This document shows, piece by piece, positions 33,793-35,132 of a stretch of 35,132 nt of DNA. The first letter of the stretch is position 1. Each line of letters begins with the position of its first letter. The stretch covers positions 1 through 35,132 of IMG/VR virus record IMGVR_UViG_3300020727_000047; one strand, given 5' to 3'. Made by a program: the position numbers and the translations under genes. The stretch comes from a virus. Lineage: Duplodnaviria > Caudoviricetes. Below the pieces are notes generated by a model. That model was not told the DNA's origin, did no database searches, and was given only the letters and a program-made list of their open reading frames with translations.

Positions 33793-34813
33793 TGGTTCCA
33801 TCCACCACCGTCATGTCCACCACACCCCACCACCAGCCGGTGCTTGAGTGCTGGGCGTAGGATTCAATCTCGCCCCAAGGCATTCCGCAGCCCACCTCAA
33901 CCATGCTGATGCTATCCGTAGGCCCGATCTTGGGAGCATCATGCACCTGGCGGCGGTGGGTGTGGCCTGACACAATCGGACATGTCGTGTGATTGGCTGC
34001 CCGCTGGGGGCCTGTAGCGCCTCCGTAAGCCCGGCCAGCGCCATTGACGGGGTGATGCACGAACCCCACCCCATTGACGTAGAACAACTCCCCATAGGGC
34101 CGGACACGCCAGCCGAACTGCGTGAAGAGTTCATCCCGCTGAACGGTGAAACTCTCCGCTGTCTCAGGGTTGGCGTTGCACCATCTTTCCAGGCGGTATT
34201 CGTGGTTGCCTAGGAGGATGTCCTGCTTGGGGCGATATCCCGAAGCGATCCCCGCCCTCCAGGCTTGCAGGCTCTGCTTGAGGTTCTCCATGTCCTGGCG
34301 GATGCTGGGCTTGTGCCGGCCAGCCATGGTGTCGTTGCGGTCATGCGCCGAGACACTGTCCCAGCTCGACCAATCCCCCACTTGGATGATGCGCTCAAAC
34401 CTTTCCTTTGAGGCATACCGGGCAATCCACGTAAGCACTTCCAGCCTGTGAGGTTGTCCGGGGTTCTGATGGAGATCGCCAATAACAAGAAGCCGGGATC
34501 CATGTCCCGGCGTTGATATCACTGGCTGTGCAGCTGGGGTGATGACTTGTCGCGGCACAGGCTGCTGGTATCGCTGCGGACGGTAGAGCGTCCAATCAGG
34601 CTCCAGACCCATAGTCGCGCAACGGGTGATCCGTGCCTCAAAGGAGCTCGTGGTCTTCACAAACCCATCTGCGACCGCCTTTTGAGCAGCCGCAGCTATG
34701 GCGCCCATGCCCGATCCCGTCATGCCACGGGGTCGGTATCCCGCCCGCAACTCAACCTCCACCCGCTCCATGGTTTCGCGAGCGGCCTCAAGGTTGAGAG
34801 GCGGAGTGCCCAT
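33731..34813 (-). CDS. Calcineurin-like metallophosphoesterase with N-terminal extension
   Basis: All five motifs present: GDLH, GDW..WD, GNHE, H(H) and GHTH. Confidence 0.9.
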   Translation of the reverse strand: MGTPPLNLEAARETMERVEVELRAGYRPRGMTGSGMGAIAAAAQKAVADGFVKTTSSFEARITRCATMGLEPDWTLYRPQRYQQPVPRQVITPAAQPVISTPGHGSRLLVIGDLHQNPGQPHRLEVLTWIARYASKERFERIIQVGDWSSWDSVSAHDRNDTMAGRHKPSIRQDMENLKQSLQAWRAGIASGYRPKQDILLGNHEYRLERWCNANPETAESFTVQRDELFTQFGWRVRPYGELFYVNGVGFVHHPVNGAGRAYGGATGPQRAANHTTCPIVSGHTHRRQVHDAPKIGPTDSISMVEVGCGMPWGEIESYAQHSSTGWWWGVVDMTVVDGTITDVAFVSMLRLETENSSRA

Positions 34814-35061
34814 CAGGGATTGTGCGGTGCCGTGAGCTTGGCAAGCTCGGTCTTGAGGAGATCAATCACGTTGACCGCGAACAGCCCGCCGGCAGATGCC
34901 GCAATGTAGGCTTCCAGCTTGTTCAGCAGCCACGTTTCCACCGAGATCACACCGGGGATCACCTGGAACCATTGCACGGCCTTGTACACGTCAGCCGCAG
35001 CCTTCACGGCGAAGTCCTCAACGGTGATCTGGTTCTTGAGCAGTTGCGAGGTGAGCGACAT
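34813..35061 (-). CDS. Hypothetical protein, 82 aa, downstream of the holin
   Basis: TGATG overlaps with the holin stop and with the phosphoesterase start. Confidence 0.65.
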   Translation of the reverse strand: MSLTSQLLKNQITVEDFAVKAAADVYKAVQWFQVIPGVISVETWLLNKLEAYIAASAGGLFAVNVIDLLKTELAKLTAPHNP

Positions 35062-35132
35062 CAGTGACCCTTCAGCATGGCTTGCTTGTGTTTGTACGAC
35101 AGGTAGATCCCGATCAGCGCCATGACACCACC
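35006..35132. repeat. Terminal direct repeat, right copy
   Basis: Identical to 1-127. Confidence 0.95.

Noticed and set aside
35006-35132. 127-bp terminal repeat as a biological direct terminal repeat
   Set aside because: The length equals a common assembler k-mer and the repeat cuts through coding genes. It is best explained as circular contig overlap; read-end analysis would be needed to define real termini.

Overview
The window looks like a complete ~35.0 kb circular (or circularly permuted) tailed-phage genome. Bases 1-127 repeat exactly at 35006-35132, most likely an assembly overlap. The virion module is P22-like/podovirus on the minus strand: TerS-like protein, TerL, portal, scaffold, coat, gp4- and gp10-like head-tail proteins, three ejection proteins, three tail/receptor-binding proteins, then lysis genes and a metallophosphoesterase. 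A symmetric divergent promoter pair at ~27340-27410 separates two arms. The left arm carries a Cro-like HTH, a Holliday-junction resolvase, a GcrA C-terminal-like protein, a DUF1376 replication protein and a DnaA domain-IV-only protein. The right arm carries an ERF recombinase, an SSB-like protein and many small genes. The GcrA-like gene and a near-consensus CtrA box suggest an alphaproteobacterial host (inference). I saw no integrase, CI-type repressor, tRNA or CRISPR array. The most notable observations: (1) four modification-type enzymes (GT-A glycosyltransferase, sulfotransferase-like, divergent PurD-fold ATP-grasp ligase, HExxE protein) are embedded in the virion operon; (2) a 3 kb early region is built from short near-identical DNA blocks flanking unrelated in-frame inserts, with a recurring GCCCTTGGAGGT(G)AGC gene-junction motif; (3) there are stand-alone fragments of two host cell-cycle regulators; (4) a two-state RNA hairpin covers the coat start codon. 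All protein calls come from motif recognition by eye, not from database searches.
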